A DNA stretch of 64,000 nt from Aeromicrobium sp. GTDB lineage: Bacteria; Actinomycetota; Actinomycetes; Propionibacteriales; Nocardioidaceae. Every line of letters begins with the position of its first letter. The stretch's first letter is position 1. Shown in pieces: positions 28,886 through 45,173 of the stretch. The translations under genes were made by a program, and so were the position numbers. The stretch covers positions 106,944 to 170,943 of the forward strand of contig NZ_JASGEK010000010.1 of NCBI RefSeq assembly GCF_047606445.1. The letters are read 5' to 3'. Under the pieces are notes generated by a model. That model saw only the letters and a program-made list of their open reading frames with translations, did not search any database and was not told the origin of the DNA.

Positions 28886-28958
28886 TGGAGCATAGGGGAC
28901 TCGAACCCCTAACCCCCTGCTTGCAAAGCAGGTGCGCTACCAATTGCGCCAATGCCCC
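28886..28958 (-). tRNA. tRNA-Ala(TGC)
   Basis: GGGGCATTGGCGCAATTGGTAGCGCACCTGCTTTGCAAGCAGGGGGTTAGGGGTTCGAGTCCCCTATGCTCCA; cloverleaf folds, anticodon TGC, no encoded CCA. Confidence 0.97.
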
Positions 28959-28964
28959 TGGGTG

Positions 28965-29078
28965 TCAGACCTCGTCGGTGGTCGCGGCCCACGGGTTCTC
29001 CGGGGCGCGGCGTACGCGGGCGAGGACAGCCCATGTGACGCCCGCGAGGGCCAGGCCACCGGCGACGAGCTTCTTCAC
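28965..29078 (-). CDS. DLW-39-like small membrane protein
   Basis: MKKLVAGGLALAGVTWAVLARVRRAPENPWAATTDEV (37 aa) between tRNA-Ile and tRNA-Ala, the usual locus for this family. Confidence 0.7.
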   Translation of the reverse strand: MKKLVAGGLALAGVTWAVLARVRRAPENPWAATTDEV

Positions 29079-29104
29079 GGGCGACCTCCGATGAGACACG
29101 ACGG

Positions 29105-29179
29105 TGGGCCTAGCTGGACTTGAACCAGCGACCTCTTCCTTATCAGGGAAGCGCTCTAACCGAGCTGAGCTATAGGCCC
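29105..29179 (-). tRNA. tRNA-Ile(GAT)
   Basis: GGGCCTATAGCTCAGCTCGGTTAGAGCGCTTCCCTGATAAGGAAGAGGTCGCTGGTTCAAGTCCAGCTAGGCCCA; anticodon GAT. Confidence 0.97.
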
Positions 29180-29229
29180 GCAACAGCGTTGAACTCTACC
29201 CCACCGGATTTCACCCGGAGGGTCGGGGT

Positions 29230-30002
29230 TCAGGAACGCTCGCGGAAGGTGAGCTGCACGCCCCCGACCAAGTGCGTCGCCGCGTTGTACAGCCGCGCGC
29301 CGATCGCCGCGAGCGCCGTCATCAAGATGACGTTGATCGCCGACAGCACCAGCGTCAGGCCGACCACCCGGCCGAAGCCGAAGTAATTCTTCACGTCGAA
29401 GGTGCCGTCCTCGGCGCTCAGCACCGAGTTGACCGTGTCGTTGAGGTTGTCCCACACGCCGGTCACGCTCAGCACCAGCCAGAACACCGTCACCGCGACC
29501 ACTGTGACCACCATCAACGCCGTCGACACAACGAAGGCCAACTGCGTGACCGACCACGGGTCGACGTGCACGAGGCTCAACCGCGCCTGCCGGGTGACCG
29601 GCGTGGTGTCGACTGACTGAGGCTTCGGCTCCTTCGGCTCCACCGCCGAAGCGGGGGCGCTCTCCTCGACCTTCGGGAACACCGACGTCGACGCCGGGTC
29701 GGCCTCCACCGTCCGGGCGTAGTCGGCCGCCGTCATCGGCCGCTTGATGTCGCGCGGCCCCTTGGCGACCGCCGGCTCCGGCTCGACCGTCGACTCCACG
29801 ACGCCTCCCCTCGACAGGGTGACACCGCGCGGCGGATCGTCGGCCGGAGGACTCTCGACGACCGGCTCGGAGACCACCTCGACGACCGGCGGGGACGTCG
29901 GCACGGGGTCGGTGGGCGGGGGTGACGTCGGCGGGAGCGGCGGCCGATTCGACGCCTGCACCACCGGCTTGCTGACCGGCTTGTTCCGGGGCTTCCGCTT
30001 GC

Positions 30003-30006
<4 letters not shown>
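29230..30006 (-). CDS. DUF3566 domain membrane protein
   Basis: Pro-rich N-terminus, then [20 protein letters not shown] and two TMs; follows gyrA. Confidence 0.9.
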
Positions 30007-32546
<2,540 letters not shown>

Positions 32547-32592
32547 GGTGGGTCCTTACGGGGAAGTTTCCGGTCAACAAGGAGATATGTCG

Positions 32593-36098
<3,506 letters not shown>

Positions 36099-36106
<8 letters not shown>

Positions 36107-37226
36107 CGGGGGTCGCCTCCCCGTCGGCGACGACGAAACGATGTCCGCGCAGCGCGTCCGGCACGTCGTCGACCACGGCGGCGGTGACGAGCACCTGCTC
36201 GACGTCGTGCGTCATGCCGGCCAGATGGTCGCGCCGCCCCGTGTCGAGCTCGGCGAAGACGTCGTCGAGGATCAGGATCGGGTCGTCGTCGACCCTCAGC
36301 CGGTCGAAAGAGGCCAGTTTCAGTGCGAGGGCCAGCGACCACGACTCGCCGTGGCTCGCATAGCCCTTCGCCGGAAGGCCGCCGATCGACAGCGCCAGCT
36401 CGTCGCGGTGCGGTCCGACCAAGGTGAGCCCCCGGTCGCGCTCGTCGCGGCGCCGTTCGGTGATCGCCGCGAGCAGCAGCTCGCGGCACGCGTCGGCCAC
36501 GCGTGGAAGGTCCGCGCTGTCGCCAGCGGCCCGGCACTCGTAGACGGCTGTCACCGTCTGGCGCCGCTCGGCCGCCGAGGCCGCGACCCCGGCGTGCCGC
36601 TCCTGGAGATACGGGGCGAGCGCGTCGAGCGTGCGCAGGCGCCGCGCCATGATCTCCCCGCCGAGCGAGGCGAGTTTGTCGTCCCAGATCTCTAAAGTCG
36701 ACAGATCGACCTGTCGACCTCTCGATGTTTTGAGCAGCGTGTTGCGCTGCCGCACCGTGCGCTCGTAGTCGGACTTGATCCCCGCGACCCGCACCGACTC
36801 CATCACCAGCAGATCGTCGAGGAAACGGCGCCGCTGCGCCGGATCGCCCTTGACCAGCGCCAAATCCTCCGGCGAGAACAGGACGGTGCGCACCACCCCG
36901 AGCAGGTCGCGTGGCCGCGAAAGATCCGCACGGTTGATCCGCGCGCGATTCGTCCGGCCGGGGCGCAACTCGACCTCGATCAGCGCCGGACGGTCGTCCT
37001 TGACCGCCTCCACCCGCACGATCGCCGAGTCGCAGCCCGCCCTCACCAGCGGCGCCTCGCTCGACACACGGTGCGACTCCAGCCGCGACAGGTAGTCGAT
37101 CGCCTCGACCAGATTCGTCTTGCCCTGGCCGTTGGCGCCGACGAAGCAGACCGGCCCCGGCGACAACGCCAGGTCGACGTCCTCGTAAGAGCGGAAGTCG
37201 TGCAGCGCGAGTCGTGAGATGCGCAC
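36099..37226 (-). CDS. recF: DNA replication/repair protein RecF
   Basis: FRSYE, GANGQGKTNLVEAI, GDPAQRRRFLD, GPHRDEL, ASHGESWS, ILILDDVFAELD. Confidence 0.98.
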
Positions 37227-37227
37227 G

Positions 37228-38115
37228 TCAGTCAGGCGTGGACTGCTGCACCGCGTGCCCGCCGAACTGCTGACGCATCGCCGCGATGGCCTGCATCGCC
37301 GGAGACTCGTCCTGCCGCGAGCTGAACCGCGCGAACAGCGAGGCCGCGATGGCCGGAGTCGGCACGGCGTGCTCGATGGCCGCCTCGACGGTCCACCGAC
37401 CCTCGCCGGAGTCCTCGGCGTAGCCGCGGATGTCGGTCAGCCCCGGATGCTCGTCGAGCGCCTTGACCAGCAGGTCGAGCAGCCACGACCGCACGACCGT
37501 GCCCTCGCGCCAGGAGTCGAGCACCGCCGGGACGTCCTCGACCAGCTCGGTCTTCTCCAGCAGCTCGTAGCCCTCGGCATAGGCCTGCATCATCGCGTAC
37601 TCGATGCCGTTGTGGACCATCTTCGAGAAGTGCCCGGCGCCCACCTGGCCGGCGTGCACGAATCCAGCGTCGCCGTCGGGACGCAGCGCGTCGAAGACCG
37701 GACGCGCGGACTCGACCAGCTCGGCGGCGCCGCCGACCATGAGCGCGTAGCCGTTCTGGCGCCCCCAGACGCCGCCGCTGACCCCGCAGTCGAGATAGCC
37801 GACGCCCTTCTCGGCGAGCAGCGCCGCGTGGGCGATGTCGTCGGTCCAGCGCGAGTTGCCGCCCTCGATCACGATGTCGCCGGGGCTGAGCAGCTCGGCC
37901 AGCTCCTCGACCGTCGCGCGCGTCGGGGCGCCGGCGGGCACCATGACCCAGACGACCTTCGGCGACTCCGGCAGCGCCGCGACCAAATCGGCGAGCGAGG
38001 CGACGTCGCTGACCGAGGCGTCCCGGTCGTAGCCGGTCACCTCGACCCCGCGCTCGCGCAGGCGCTCGCGCATGTTGCCGCCCATCTTGCCGAGTCCGAT
38101 GAGTCCGATACGCAT
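37228..38115 (-). CDS. gnd: Decarboxylating 6-phosphogluconate dehydrogenase (short form)
   Basis: GLGKMG, IEGGNS, DCGVSGG, KMVHNGIEY, DSGEGRW, AMRQQFGGH. Confidence 0.96.
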   Translation of the reverse strand: MRIGLIGLGKMGGNMRERLRERGVEVTGYDRDASVSDVASLADLVAALPESPKVVWVMVPAGAPTRATVEELAELLSPGDIVIEGGNSRWTDDIAHAALLAEKGVGYLDCGVSGGVWGRQNGYALMVGGAAELVESARPVFDALRPDGDAGFVHAGQVGAGHFSKMVHNGIEYAMMQAYAEGYELLEKTELVEDVPAVLDSWREGTVVRSWLLDLLVKALDEHPGLTDIRGYAEDSGEGRWTVEAAIEHAVPTPAIAASLFARFSSRQDESPAMQAIAAMRQQFGGHAVQQSTPD

Positions 38116-38137
38116 GACGCCTCCTAGGGATAACCGA

Positions 38138-39283
38138 TCAGGTTTGCAATCGCACCGGCATGATCAGATAGCGGAAGGCGCCGTCGGGGTCGGCCCCGAC
38201 CTCGCCCACGCCGCTGATCGCGGCCGGTTTGGTGTGTTGGGTGAAAGCCAGGTGGACCACCGGCTCGCCCATCACGCTCAACCCCTCCAGCAGATAGGAG
38301 GGGTTGAAGCCGATCTCGATGTCGGGGCCGGTGACGGCCGCCTCGATGGACTCGCTCGCCTGGGCCTCGTTGCCGGTGCCCGCCTCCAGCAGCAGTCCGT
38401 TCTCCGCCGAGAAGGTGAGGCGCACCGGCGTGTTGCGCTCTGCGACCAGGGCCACACGTTTGACCGCGTCGACGAGATGCTGAGTCGACACGTACGCGAC
38501 CGTCTCCGGTTGAGTCTGGAACAACTGTCGCACCCGGGGGAAGTCGCCTTCGAGCAGTCGGGTGGTCGTGCGGCGCGTGCCGTTGCCGACCGTTCCCTCG
38601 AAACCGATGAGTCCGTCGCCGACGTCGCCGACCGAGACCGCGATCGAGATGTCGCTGCCGCCGGCGAAGGAGCGGGCTGTCTCGCTGAGCACCCGTGCGG
38701 GCACCAAAGCCTGTGCGGAGATCTCGCCGTCCTCGGGGAACCACTCGACGTCGCGCAGGCTCGCACGGAACCGGTCGGTGGCCATCAGCGAGATCGTGGC
38801 GCCAGCGAGTTCGAGACGCACCCCCGTCAGCAACGGCAGCATCTCGTCGCGGCCGGCGGCGGCGCCGGCCTGCTGCACAGCTGTGACGAAGGCGTCAGCC
38901 TTGACGGCGCCGGTGGAGGTGGGCATCTGGGGCAGTCTCGGGTACTCCTCCACTGGCATCGTCTGCAAGTGGAAACGGGCGCGACCGCAGACGACGCTGA
39001 CCCTGGTGTCCTCCAAGGCGACGTCGACCGGCTGGGCCGGCAGCGACTTGACGATCTCGCTGAGCAGCTTGCCGCTGACGAGCGCCCGGCCGTCGGCGGA
39101 GACCTCTGCGGGCAAGGTGGCGCGCGTGGAGGTCTCGTAGTCGAAGCCCGACAGGGTGAGTCCCTCGTGGTCGGCCTCGATCAACAGCCCGGCAAGCACA
39201 GGGACGCTCGGGCGCACCGGAAGGCTGCGCGCCGTCCACGCGACAGCGTCAGCCAGGGTGTCGCGATCGATCCTGAACTTCAC
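38138..39283 (-). CDS. dnaN: DNA polymerase III beta clamp
   Basis: MKFRIDRDTLADAV, LSGFDYETS, ATDRFR, RLLEGDFP, IGFNPSYL, YLIMPVR. Confidence 0.98.
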   Translation of the reverse strand: MKFRIDRDTLADAVAWTARSLPVRPSVPVLAGLLIEADHEGLTLSGFDYETSTRATLPAEVSADGRALVSGKLLSEIVKSLPAQPVDVALEDTRVSVVCGRARFHLQTMPVEEYPRLPQMPTSTGAVKADAFVTAVQQAGAAAGRDEMLPLLTGVRLELAGATISLMATDRFRASLRDVEWFPEDGEISAQALVPARVLSETARSFAGGSDISIAVSVGDVGDGLIGFEGTVGNGTRRTTTRLLEGDFPRVRQLFQTQPETVAYVSTQHLVDAVKRVALVAERNTPVRLTFSAENGLLLEAGTGNEAQASESIEAAVTGPDIEIGFNPSYLLEGLSVMGEPVVHLAFTQHTKPAAISGVGEVGADPDGAFRYLIMPVRLQT

Positions 39284-39359
39284 GAGATGGCCTTTCAGAC
39301 GCGGGCGAGTACCGGTGAGTGAATCCTGCCACGTGGGCGGGCAGACGTCTCGCGCAGGG

Positions 39360-39642
39360 CGCTTCATCCACACACAGGGCGCGACGACCCTTCAACGAGG
39401 ACTTTCACGTGTCTTTCGGTAGTAGTTGTCGTAGCATCTGTGCATAGCGTGGAGAACCGGATTTCCCACTGGAACTCCAGCGAAGCCGCCGGTGGAAAAA
39501 GCGGGGAGGGAGGCGTGGACGGACCCCTGAGGGGGTGTGGACGGCGTCTGGTTGTTCGTCTGGCGTCCACACGGGGCGCCGTGACTGTCCACGTTCCCCC
39601 GAGTTTTCCCACAGCTTCGTCCACAGCTGGGGATGGTGTCGG
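39360..39642. other. oriC (dnaA-dnaN intergenic) with DnaA boxes and DnaA-trios
   Basis: Several degenerate boxes (TCATCCACA 39364, GCGTCCACA, TCGTCCACA and others). The minus strand reads CTATGCACA-GATGC-TAC GAC AAC TAC TAC (39447 to 39419). Confidence 0.9.
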
Positions 39643-41061
39643 CTACGCCTGACGGGCCTGCTGGCGGATGCGATTGGTCAACTCGGTCACTTGGTTGAAG
39701 ACCGCGTGGTTCTCGGTCATCAGCTTGCCGATCTTCTTGACTGCGTGCATGACGGTCGTGTGGTCGCGGCCGCCGAACTCCTGGCCGATCTTCGGCAGCG
39801 ACATCTCGGTCAGCTCGCGGCACAGGTACATGGCGATCTGCCGGGCGAGCACCAGGTCGCGCGAGCGGTTGGCGCCGCAGATCTCATCGATGGAGAACTC
39901 CGAGTACACGGCGGTCTGCGCGATGATGACCGCGCTGGTGACCTCCGGCTCCTCGGTCGCCGACACGATGTCCTTGAGCACGATCTGCGCCAAGTTGAGG
40001 TCGATCGTCGACTGGTTGAGATTGGCGAAGGCGGTCACCCGCAGCAAGGCGCCTTCGAGCTCGCGGATGTTGCTCTGCACCTTGCTGGCGATGAACTCGA
40101 GCACGTCCTCGGGCACGGTGAGGTCGTCGTTGTCGGCCTTCTTGCGCAGGATCGCGATCCGTGTCTCGAGCTCGGGCAGCGTGACGTCGGTCGTCAGGCC
40201 CCACTCGAAGCGGTTGCGCAGGCGCTCCTCCAGCGTCTTGAGGTTCTTCGGCGGGCGGTCCGAGGTCATGACGATCTGCTTGTTCTCGTTGTGCAGCGCG
40301 TTGAAGGTGTGGAAGAACTCCTCCTGCGTCGCCTCTTTGCCCTCGAAGAACTGGATGTCGTCGACCAGCAGCACGTCGATCTCGCGGTACTTGCGCTTCA
40401 TCTCGCTGGTCTTGCGGTCGCTGATCGCGTTGATGACGTCGTTGGTGAACTCCTCGGTGTTCACGTACCGCACGCGCGAGGACGGGTAGACGCTGAGGAT
40501 GTAGTGGCCGATGGCATGCAGCAGGTGCGTTTTGCCCAGGCCGGAGTCGCCGTAGATGACGAGCGGGTTGTAGGCCTTGCCCGGCGCCTCGGCCGCGGCG
40601 ACCGCGGCGGCGTGCGCGAACCGGTTCGACGAGCCGGTCACGAAGTTCTCGAAGAGGTAGCGCGGATTCAGTCGCGCCTCGGAGGTGGTGCTGCTGCTGG
40701 TCGGCTCGGGCCGACGGGCCGGGCCCCACAGCTGCGGCGACGGCTCCGGTTGCGGTGCCGCGGCGGAGGGACGCTCGGGCTCGGGCTCGGGCAACTGGAC
40801 GTTCGGGTCGATGGTGATGATCAGCCGGACCTCGGTGTCGAGGTCGCGGCTGAGCGTCTGCTCGAGGATCGGCTGGACGCGCGACTCCAACTGCGAACGG
40901 GTGAGCTCGTCGGCGACGGCCACGATGAGCATGCCGCTGTGGAAACTCAAGGGGACAGCCGGGAAGGCCCAGACCCGCGCTCCCATCGAGAGCCGGTCGA
41001 CTGCCGTGCGCCAGACGGCCTGAAGTTCGCTGTCAGACAGCGGCGCCGCGTCCTTCGGCAT
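39643..41061 (-). CDS. dnaA: Chromosomal replication initiator DnaA
   Basis: [62 protein letters not shown]. Start placed at ATG 41061. Confidence 0.99.
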   Translation of the reverse strand: MPKDAAPLSDSELQAVWRTAVDRLSMGARVWAFPAVPLSFHSGMLIVAVADELTRSQLESRVQPILEQTLSRDLDTEVRLIITIDPNVQLPEPEPERPSAAAPQPEPSPQLWGPARRPEPTSSSTTSEARLNPRYLFENFVTGSSNRFAHAAAVAAAEAPGKAYNPLVIYGDSGLGKTHLLHAIGHYILSVYPSSRVRYVNTEEFTNDVINAISDRKTSEMKRKYREIDVLLVDDIQFFEGKEATQEEFFHTFNALHNENKQIVMTSDRPPKNLKTLEERLRNRFEWGLTTDVTLPELETRIAILRKKADNDDLTVPEDVLEFIASKVQSNIRELEGALLRVTAFANLNQSTIDLNLAQIVLKDIVSATEEPEVTSAVIIAQTAVYSEFSIDEICGANRSRDLVLARQIAMYLCRELTEMSLPKIGQEFGGRDHTTVMHAVKKIGKLMTENHAVFNQVTELTNRIRQQARQA

Positions 41062-41073
41062 GGGGTCCTCCTG

Positions 41074-41139
41074 TGTTCCACAAGTTTGTCCACATCTGTG
41101 GATCCAGGGAGTCCAAAGAAAGCGACAACCTGTGGACAA
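41074..41139. promoter_or_regulatory. DnaA boxes upstream of dnaA
   Basis: TGTTCCACA 41074, TTGTCCACA 41086, TGTGGATCC 41097, TGTGGACAA 41131. Confidence 0.85.
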
Positions 41140-41395
41140 CCTGCTGACTCGGCGACGCTAGCAGCCGCTTGAGAGGCAGACAACCCATACGTCCGCCGTC
41201 CTGGGGAAACACGCTGGCGCCGAACGGCCGGAAACGGGCGAAAAGCCGTGAAGAGGTCAGTTTGACCGGTGTTCGCAGGCCCCCGTACCGTTGGACAGTC
41301 GCGCGACGAGCGGCCGCGTGCCCATGAGGTAGAAGCTTCGTGGGCGAGCGGTGATCGTCGATGCGGTCATCGACCCTTTCGAGAAGGACTTTTCC

Positions 41396-41533
41396 GTGAG
41401 CAAGCGTACGTACCAGCCGAACAACCGCCGCCGTGCCAAGAAGCATGGCTTCCGCCTCCGCATGCGCACCCGCGCCGGCCGCGCGATCCTCGCGTCGCGC
41501 CGCAGCAAGGGTCGCGCCAAGCTGTCTGCCTGA
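41396..41533 (+). CDS. rpmH: 50S ribosomal protein L34
   Basis: [45 protein letters not shown]. Confidence 0.98.
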   Translation: MSKRTYQPNNRRRAKKHGFRLRMRTRAGRAILASRRSKGRAKLSA

Positions 41534-41537
41534 AGCA

Positions 41538-41897
41538 TTGCTTCCGCAGGCGGTCCGCATGCGTGACGGAGAGACCTTCCGTCACACACTGCGGCGGGGC
41601 GCCTCGTCGACCTCGGGCTCGGTCGTCGCACGTGTCGTGCTGACGACCGAGCCCGACGTGCAGGTAGGGCTGATCGTCGGCAAGAAGGTCGGCAACGCCG
41701 TCGCCCGCAACCGGGTCAAGCGTCGCGTCCGGCACGCGCTGCGTTCGGAGCTGTCGACGCTGCCCGTCGGCGCCCGCGTGGTGATCCGCGCGTTGCCCGG
41801 CGCCGCGACCAGCGCGGCTCTGCCGCACGAGACGCGTGACGCGGTGGCGCGGGCCACGCGTCGGGCCGTCGAGCGCTCCCCTGCCCCGGCGGTCTGA
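41538..41897 (+). CDS. rnpA: Ribonuclease P protein component
   Basis: MLPQAVRMR..F..TLRRG, GLIVGKKVGNAVARNRVKRRVR, VVIRALPGAA. Confidence 0.95.
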   Translation: MLPQAVRMRDGETFRHTLRRGASSTSGSVVARVVLTTEPDVQVGLIVGKKVGNAVARNRVKRRVRHALRSELSTLPVGARVVIRALPGAATSAALPHETRDAVARATRRAVERSPAPAV

Positions 41898-41903
41898 GGC
41901 GTC

Positions 41904-42425
41904 ATGGCGCGCTGGCTTCTGATCGGTCTGCTCAAGGCCTACCGATTTGCGATCAGTCCCCTGTACGGACAGGTGTGCCGCTACCATCCGACCTGTTCGG
42001 CCTACGCGCTCGAAGCCGTGGAGACGCACGGCGCGTTGCGCGGCTCATGGCTGGCGGCGCGACGACTGGCGCGCTGCCACCCCTGGAATCCTGGCGGGTA
42101 CGACCCCGTCCCCCCTGACACCCGGTGCTCGGGTGTCTCACTGAGGAGTTTGAACCGTGGAGATCTTCAGCATGATCGGCTCGGCGATCATGACGCCGCT
42201 GTATTACGCCGTGTCGGCGATTCTGCTGGGCTGGCACTGGGTGTTCGAGCATGTGCCGAACTTGAGCGACGGTTGGACGTGGGCGTTGTCGATCGTCGGT
42301 CTGACGGTGACGATCCGCGCGCTGCTGATCCCGCTGTTCGTCAAGCAGATCAAGAGCAGCCGGAACATGCAGCTTCTGCAGCCCAAGATCAAAGAGCTGC
42401 AGAAGAAGTACGGCCACGACCGTGA
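41904..42425 (+). CDS. yidD: Membrane protein insertion efficiency factor YidD (extended C-terminus)
   Basis: [50 protein letters not shown]; the ORF continues into yidC. Confidence 0.9.
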   Translation: MARWLLIGLLKAYRFAISPLYGQVCRYHPTCSAYALEAVETHGALRGSWLAARRLARCHPWNPGGYDPVPPDTRCSGVSLRSLNRGDLQHDRLGDHDAAVLRRVGDSAGLALGVRACAELERRLDVGVVDRRSDGDDPRAADPAVRQADQEQPEHAASAAQDQRAAEEVRPRP

Positions 42426-43113
42426 GCGGCTCACTCAGGAGCAGATGAAGCTCTGGAAGGAGACGGGCACCAACCCGTTCGCCTCCTGTCTGCCGCTGCT
42501 CGCGCAGATGCCGATCTTCTTCGCGCTCTTCCGCACGATCGACCAGGCGGCCAAGAATGGCGCCGAGGGCAAGAAGGGCTTCCTCTCCGGCGCGGACGCC
42601 GACTCCATTCAGTCGGCGCTATGGCTCGGCGGCAAGATCTCCGACACCTTCATGAACACCGACCACTGGGAGACGCGGGTCGTCGCGATCATCCTGGTGG
42701 TGGCCATGTGCGCCACGCAGTTCTTGACCCAGCGCCAGCTCATGGCCAAGAACATGCCCGAGGACGCGCTGACCGGTCCCTATGCGCAGCAGCAGAAGTT
42801 GCTGCTCTACATCTTGCCGTTCGTGTTCGCGATCAGCGGCGTGATCTTCCCGCTGGGCGTCCTTATCTACTGGGTGACCTCGAACCTGTGGACGATGGGC
42901 CAGCAGTTCTACGTGATCCGCAACAACCCGGTGCCGAACACGCCGGCCTTCCGCGCGAAGCAGCTGCGCGACGCGGCCAAGGGCAAAGACAAGAAGAAGG
43001 ACGGCACGGGCGGCAGCTCGGTCGAGGTGGTCGAGGAGGCTCCCCAGCCCGCTCGCCAGCAGCCGAAGAGGCAGTCGCGGAGCCAACGGACGAAGAAGAA
43101 GGGTGGCCGCTGA
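42157..43113 (+). CDS. yidC: Membrane protein insertase YidC
   Basis: [69 protein letters not shown]. Confidence 0.97.
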   Translation: MEIFSMIGSAIMTPLYYAVSAILLGWHWVFEHVPNLSDGWTWALSIVGLTVTIRALLIPLFVKQIKSSRNMQLLQPKIKELQKKYGHDRERLTQEQMKLWKETGTNPFASCLPLLAQMPIFFALFRTIDQAAKNGAEGKKGFLSGADADSIQSALWLGGKISDTFMNTDHWETRVVAIILVVAMCATQFLTQRQLMAKNMPEDALTGPYAQQQKLLLYILPFVFAISGVIFPLGVLIYWVTSNLWTMGQQFYVIRNNPVPNTPAFRAKQLRDAAKGKDKKKDGTGGSSVEVVEEAPQPARQQPKRQSRSQRTKKKGGR

Positions 43114-43583
43114 TGAGCGCGGACAAGCTGGAGGCCGAGGGCGATATCGCCGCTGACTTCCTGGAAGGCCTGCTGGACATCGCCGATCTCGACGGCGACA
43201 TCGACATGGACGTCGACGGCGATCGTGCGGCGGTCTCGGTGGTGGGTGGTGGCCTCGACCATCTCGTCGGTCACGATGGTCAGGTGTTGGAGGCGCTGCA
43301 GGAGTTGACTCGCTTGGCGGTGTACCGCGAGACGGGCGACCGCAGTCGGCTCATGCTCGACATCGCCGGTTATCGCGAGGGCCGCCGCGTCGCGGTGCGG
43401 GAGGAGGCCGAGAGCGCGGTGGCCGCCGTGCGCGACGGCGCGGCGCGGATCGAACTGGCTCCGATGTCCGCCTTCGAGCGCAAGATCGCGCACGACGCCG
43501 TGACGGAAGCCGGTCTGCGCAGTGAGTCGGAGGGAGCCGAGCCGCGTCGCTTCGTCGTGGTGCTGCCGGCGGCGGACGACTGA
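43113..43583 (+). CDS. jag: Jag/EloR KH-R3H RNA-binding protein
   Basis: EGDIAADFLEGLLDIADLDGDID, LVGHDGQVLEALQELTRLAV, PMSAFERKIAHD, SEGAEPRRFVVV. Confidence 0.93.
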   Translation: MSADKLEAEGDIAADFLEGLLDIADLDGDIDMDVDGDRAAVSVVGGGLDHLVGHDGQVLEALQELTRLAVYRETGDRSRLMLDIAGYREGRRVAVREEAESAVAAVRDGAARIELAPMSAFERKIAHDAVTEAGLRSESEGAEPRRFVVVLPAADD

Positions 43584-44218
43584 TGTCTGTTTCACGTGAA
43601 ACCGGCGCCTCAGGGGTGGGCACTCCCCCGGAGGCGCCGGCTTATTTCGGAGACCAGTGGGCCACGGCTCAGCGGTACGCGGAGTTGCTCGCGACCTGGG
43701 GGGTGGAGCGAGGCATGATCGGTCCTCGTGAGGTGCCGCGCCTATGGGAACGTCATCTTCTGAACTGCGCCGCAGTGTGCCCGCGATTGCCTGACGGAGC
43801 CACCGTCGCCGATGTCGGCACGGGCGCCGGGCTCCCCGGGCTGGTCTGGGCCATCGCTCGCCCGGACGTCTCGATGACCCTGGTCGAGCCGCTGTTGCGT
43901 CGTGTCCGTTTCCTCACCGCGGTCGTCGACGATCTCGATCTGACGAATGTGGAGATCGTCCGGAGTCGGGCGGAGGACCATGACCGTCGGTATGAGGTGG
44001 TGACCGCCCGCGCTGTGGCGTCTCTCGATAAGTTGATGACGTGGTGTTGGCCCCTGGTCGCCGAGGGCGGTGTGCTGTTGGCGATGAAGGGTCAGTCCGC
44101 AACGGATGAGGTCAAGGCCTCGCAGCCGTCGTTGAAGCGGCTCGAGGTGAAAGATGTCCGTATCGAGTCCTATGGTGATCTAGCGGTTCCGACGACCGTC
44201 GTGGAGATCACCCGATGA
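43583..44218 (+). CDS. rsmG: 16S rRNA m7G527 methyltransferase
   Basis: GPREVPRLWERHLLNC, DVGTGAGLPG, LVEPLLRR, TARAVA, LAMKG. Confidence 0.96.
   Translation: MSVSRETGASGVGTPPEAPAYFGDQWATAQRYAELLATWGVERGMIGPREVPRLWERHLLNCAAVCPRLPDGATVADVGTGAGLPGLVWAIARPDVSMTLVEPLLRRVRFLTAVVDDLDLTNVEIVRSRAEDHDRRYEVVTARAVASLDKLMTWCWPLVAEGGVLLAMKGQSATDEVKASQPSLKRLEVKDVRIESYGDLAVPTTVVEITR
43589..43602. promoter_or_regulatory. parS centromere site 1 (inside the rsmG 5' end)
   Basis: Perfect GTTTCACGTGAAAC palindrome. Confidence 0.95.
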
Positions 44219-44226
44219 TCCATGTT

Positions 44227-44240
44227 GTTTCACGTGAAAC
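44227..44240. promoter_or_regulatory. parS centromere site 2 (upstream of parA)
   Basis: Perfect GTTTCACGTGAAAC palindrome. Confidence 0.95.
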
Positions 44241-44246
44241 CCGGAG

Positions 44247-45173
44247 GTGGCGATGACGACGGTCTTCCCCGACGACCCCACGCCCTTGGCGCGCGCCGCT
44301 GAGGAGCACGTCTCATTGGCGCGCAAAGTGGAGAGCATCGTCCAGCTTCCCCGACCTGCCCAGACGCGTGTCTTCGTCGTCGCCAACCAGAAGGGCGGCG
44401 TCGGCAAGACCACGACCACCGTCAACCTGGCGGCGGCCATGGCGATCAAGGGCCTGCGCATCCTGGTGATCGACCTCGATCCACAGGGCAACACCTCGAC
44501 GGCCCTCGACATCGTCCACACCGAGGGCACTCCCGGCGTCTACGAGGCGCTGGTGGAAGGCGAGTCCATCGGCACGCTGGTCCAGCAGTGTCCCGCGCAC
44601 GAGAGCATCCAGGTGCTCCCCGCCTCGATCGACCTGGCGGGCGCCGAGATCGAACTGGTGTCCTTGGTGGCTCGCGAGACGCGTCTCGACAAGGCGCTGC
44701 AGAGCTACTTGCACGAGGCTGAGCAGAAAGGCGAGCGGTACGACTATGTCTTCATCGACTGCCCGCCCTCCCTCGGCTTGCTCACCGTCAACGCGCTGGT
44801 CGCGGGACGTGAGGTGCTGATCCCCATCCAGTGCGAGTACTACGCCCTGGAAGGGCTGGGTCAGCTACTGCGCAATATCGAGCTGGTCAAAGCCCATCTG
44901 AACCCCAAGCTCAACGTCACGACGATCCTGCTGACCATGTACGACGGTCGCACCAACCTGTCCTCCGGCGTTGCCGCCGAGGTGCGGCAGCACTTCGGCG
45001 GGACGGTGTTGACGACGGCGATTCCCCGGTCGGTGCGCATCTCCGAGGCTCCGAGCTATCAGCAGAGCGTCGTCACCTACGACCCCTCCTCGTCGGGCGC
45101 CCTGTCGTACATCGAGGCGGCGCGTGAGATCGCCGAGAGGGCGTCCGGTCAGAAAAGAGAGGCTCAGCGATGA
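44247..45173 (+). CDS. parA: Chromosome partitioning ATPase ParA
   Basis: [53 protein letters not shown]. Confidence 0.98.
   Translation: MAMTTVFPDDPTPLARAAEEHVSLARKVESIVQLPRPAQTRVFVVANQKGGVGKTTTTVNLAAAMAIKGLRILVIDLDPQGNTSTALDIVHTEGTPGVYEALVEGESIGTLVQQCPAHESIQVLPASIDLAGAEIELVSLVARETRLDKALQSYLHEAEQKGERYDYVFIDCPPSLGLLTVNALVAGREVLIPIQCEYYALEGLGQLLRNIELVKAHLNPKLNVTTILLTMYDGRTNLSSGVAAEVRQHFGGTVLTTAIPRSVRISEAPSYQQSVVTYDPSSSGALSYIEAAREIAERASGQKREAQR

Noticed and set aside
10165-28886. Intact prophage or ICE with att sites at tRNA-Ala
   Set aside because: No integrase, phage structural or conjugation genes, and I found no duplicate of the tRNA 3' end by eye. A computational repeat search could still reveal a degenerate att site.
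28743-29386. ORFs overlapping the tRNA genes (for example MAQLVAHLLCKQ, MEHRGLEPL, MNQRPLPYQ)
   Set aside because: Translations of tRNA sequence, not proteins.
37228-38115. gnd between dnaN and recF as an unusual insertion
   Set aside because: This arrangement is common in actinobacteria.
39402-39415. parS-like CTTTCACGTGTCTT inside oriC
   Set aside because: The right half of the palindrome is absent.
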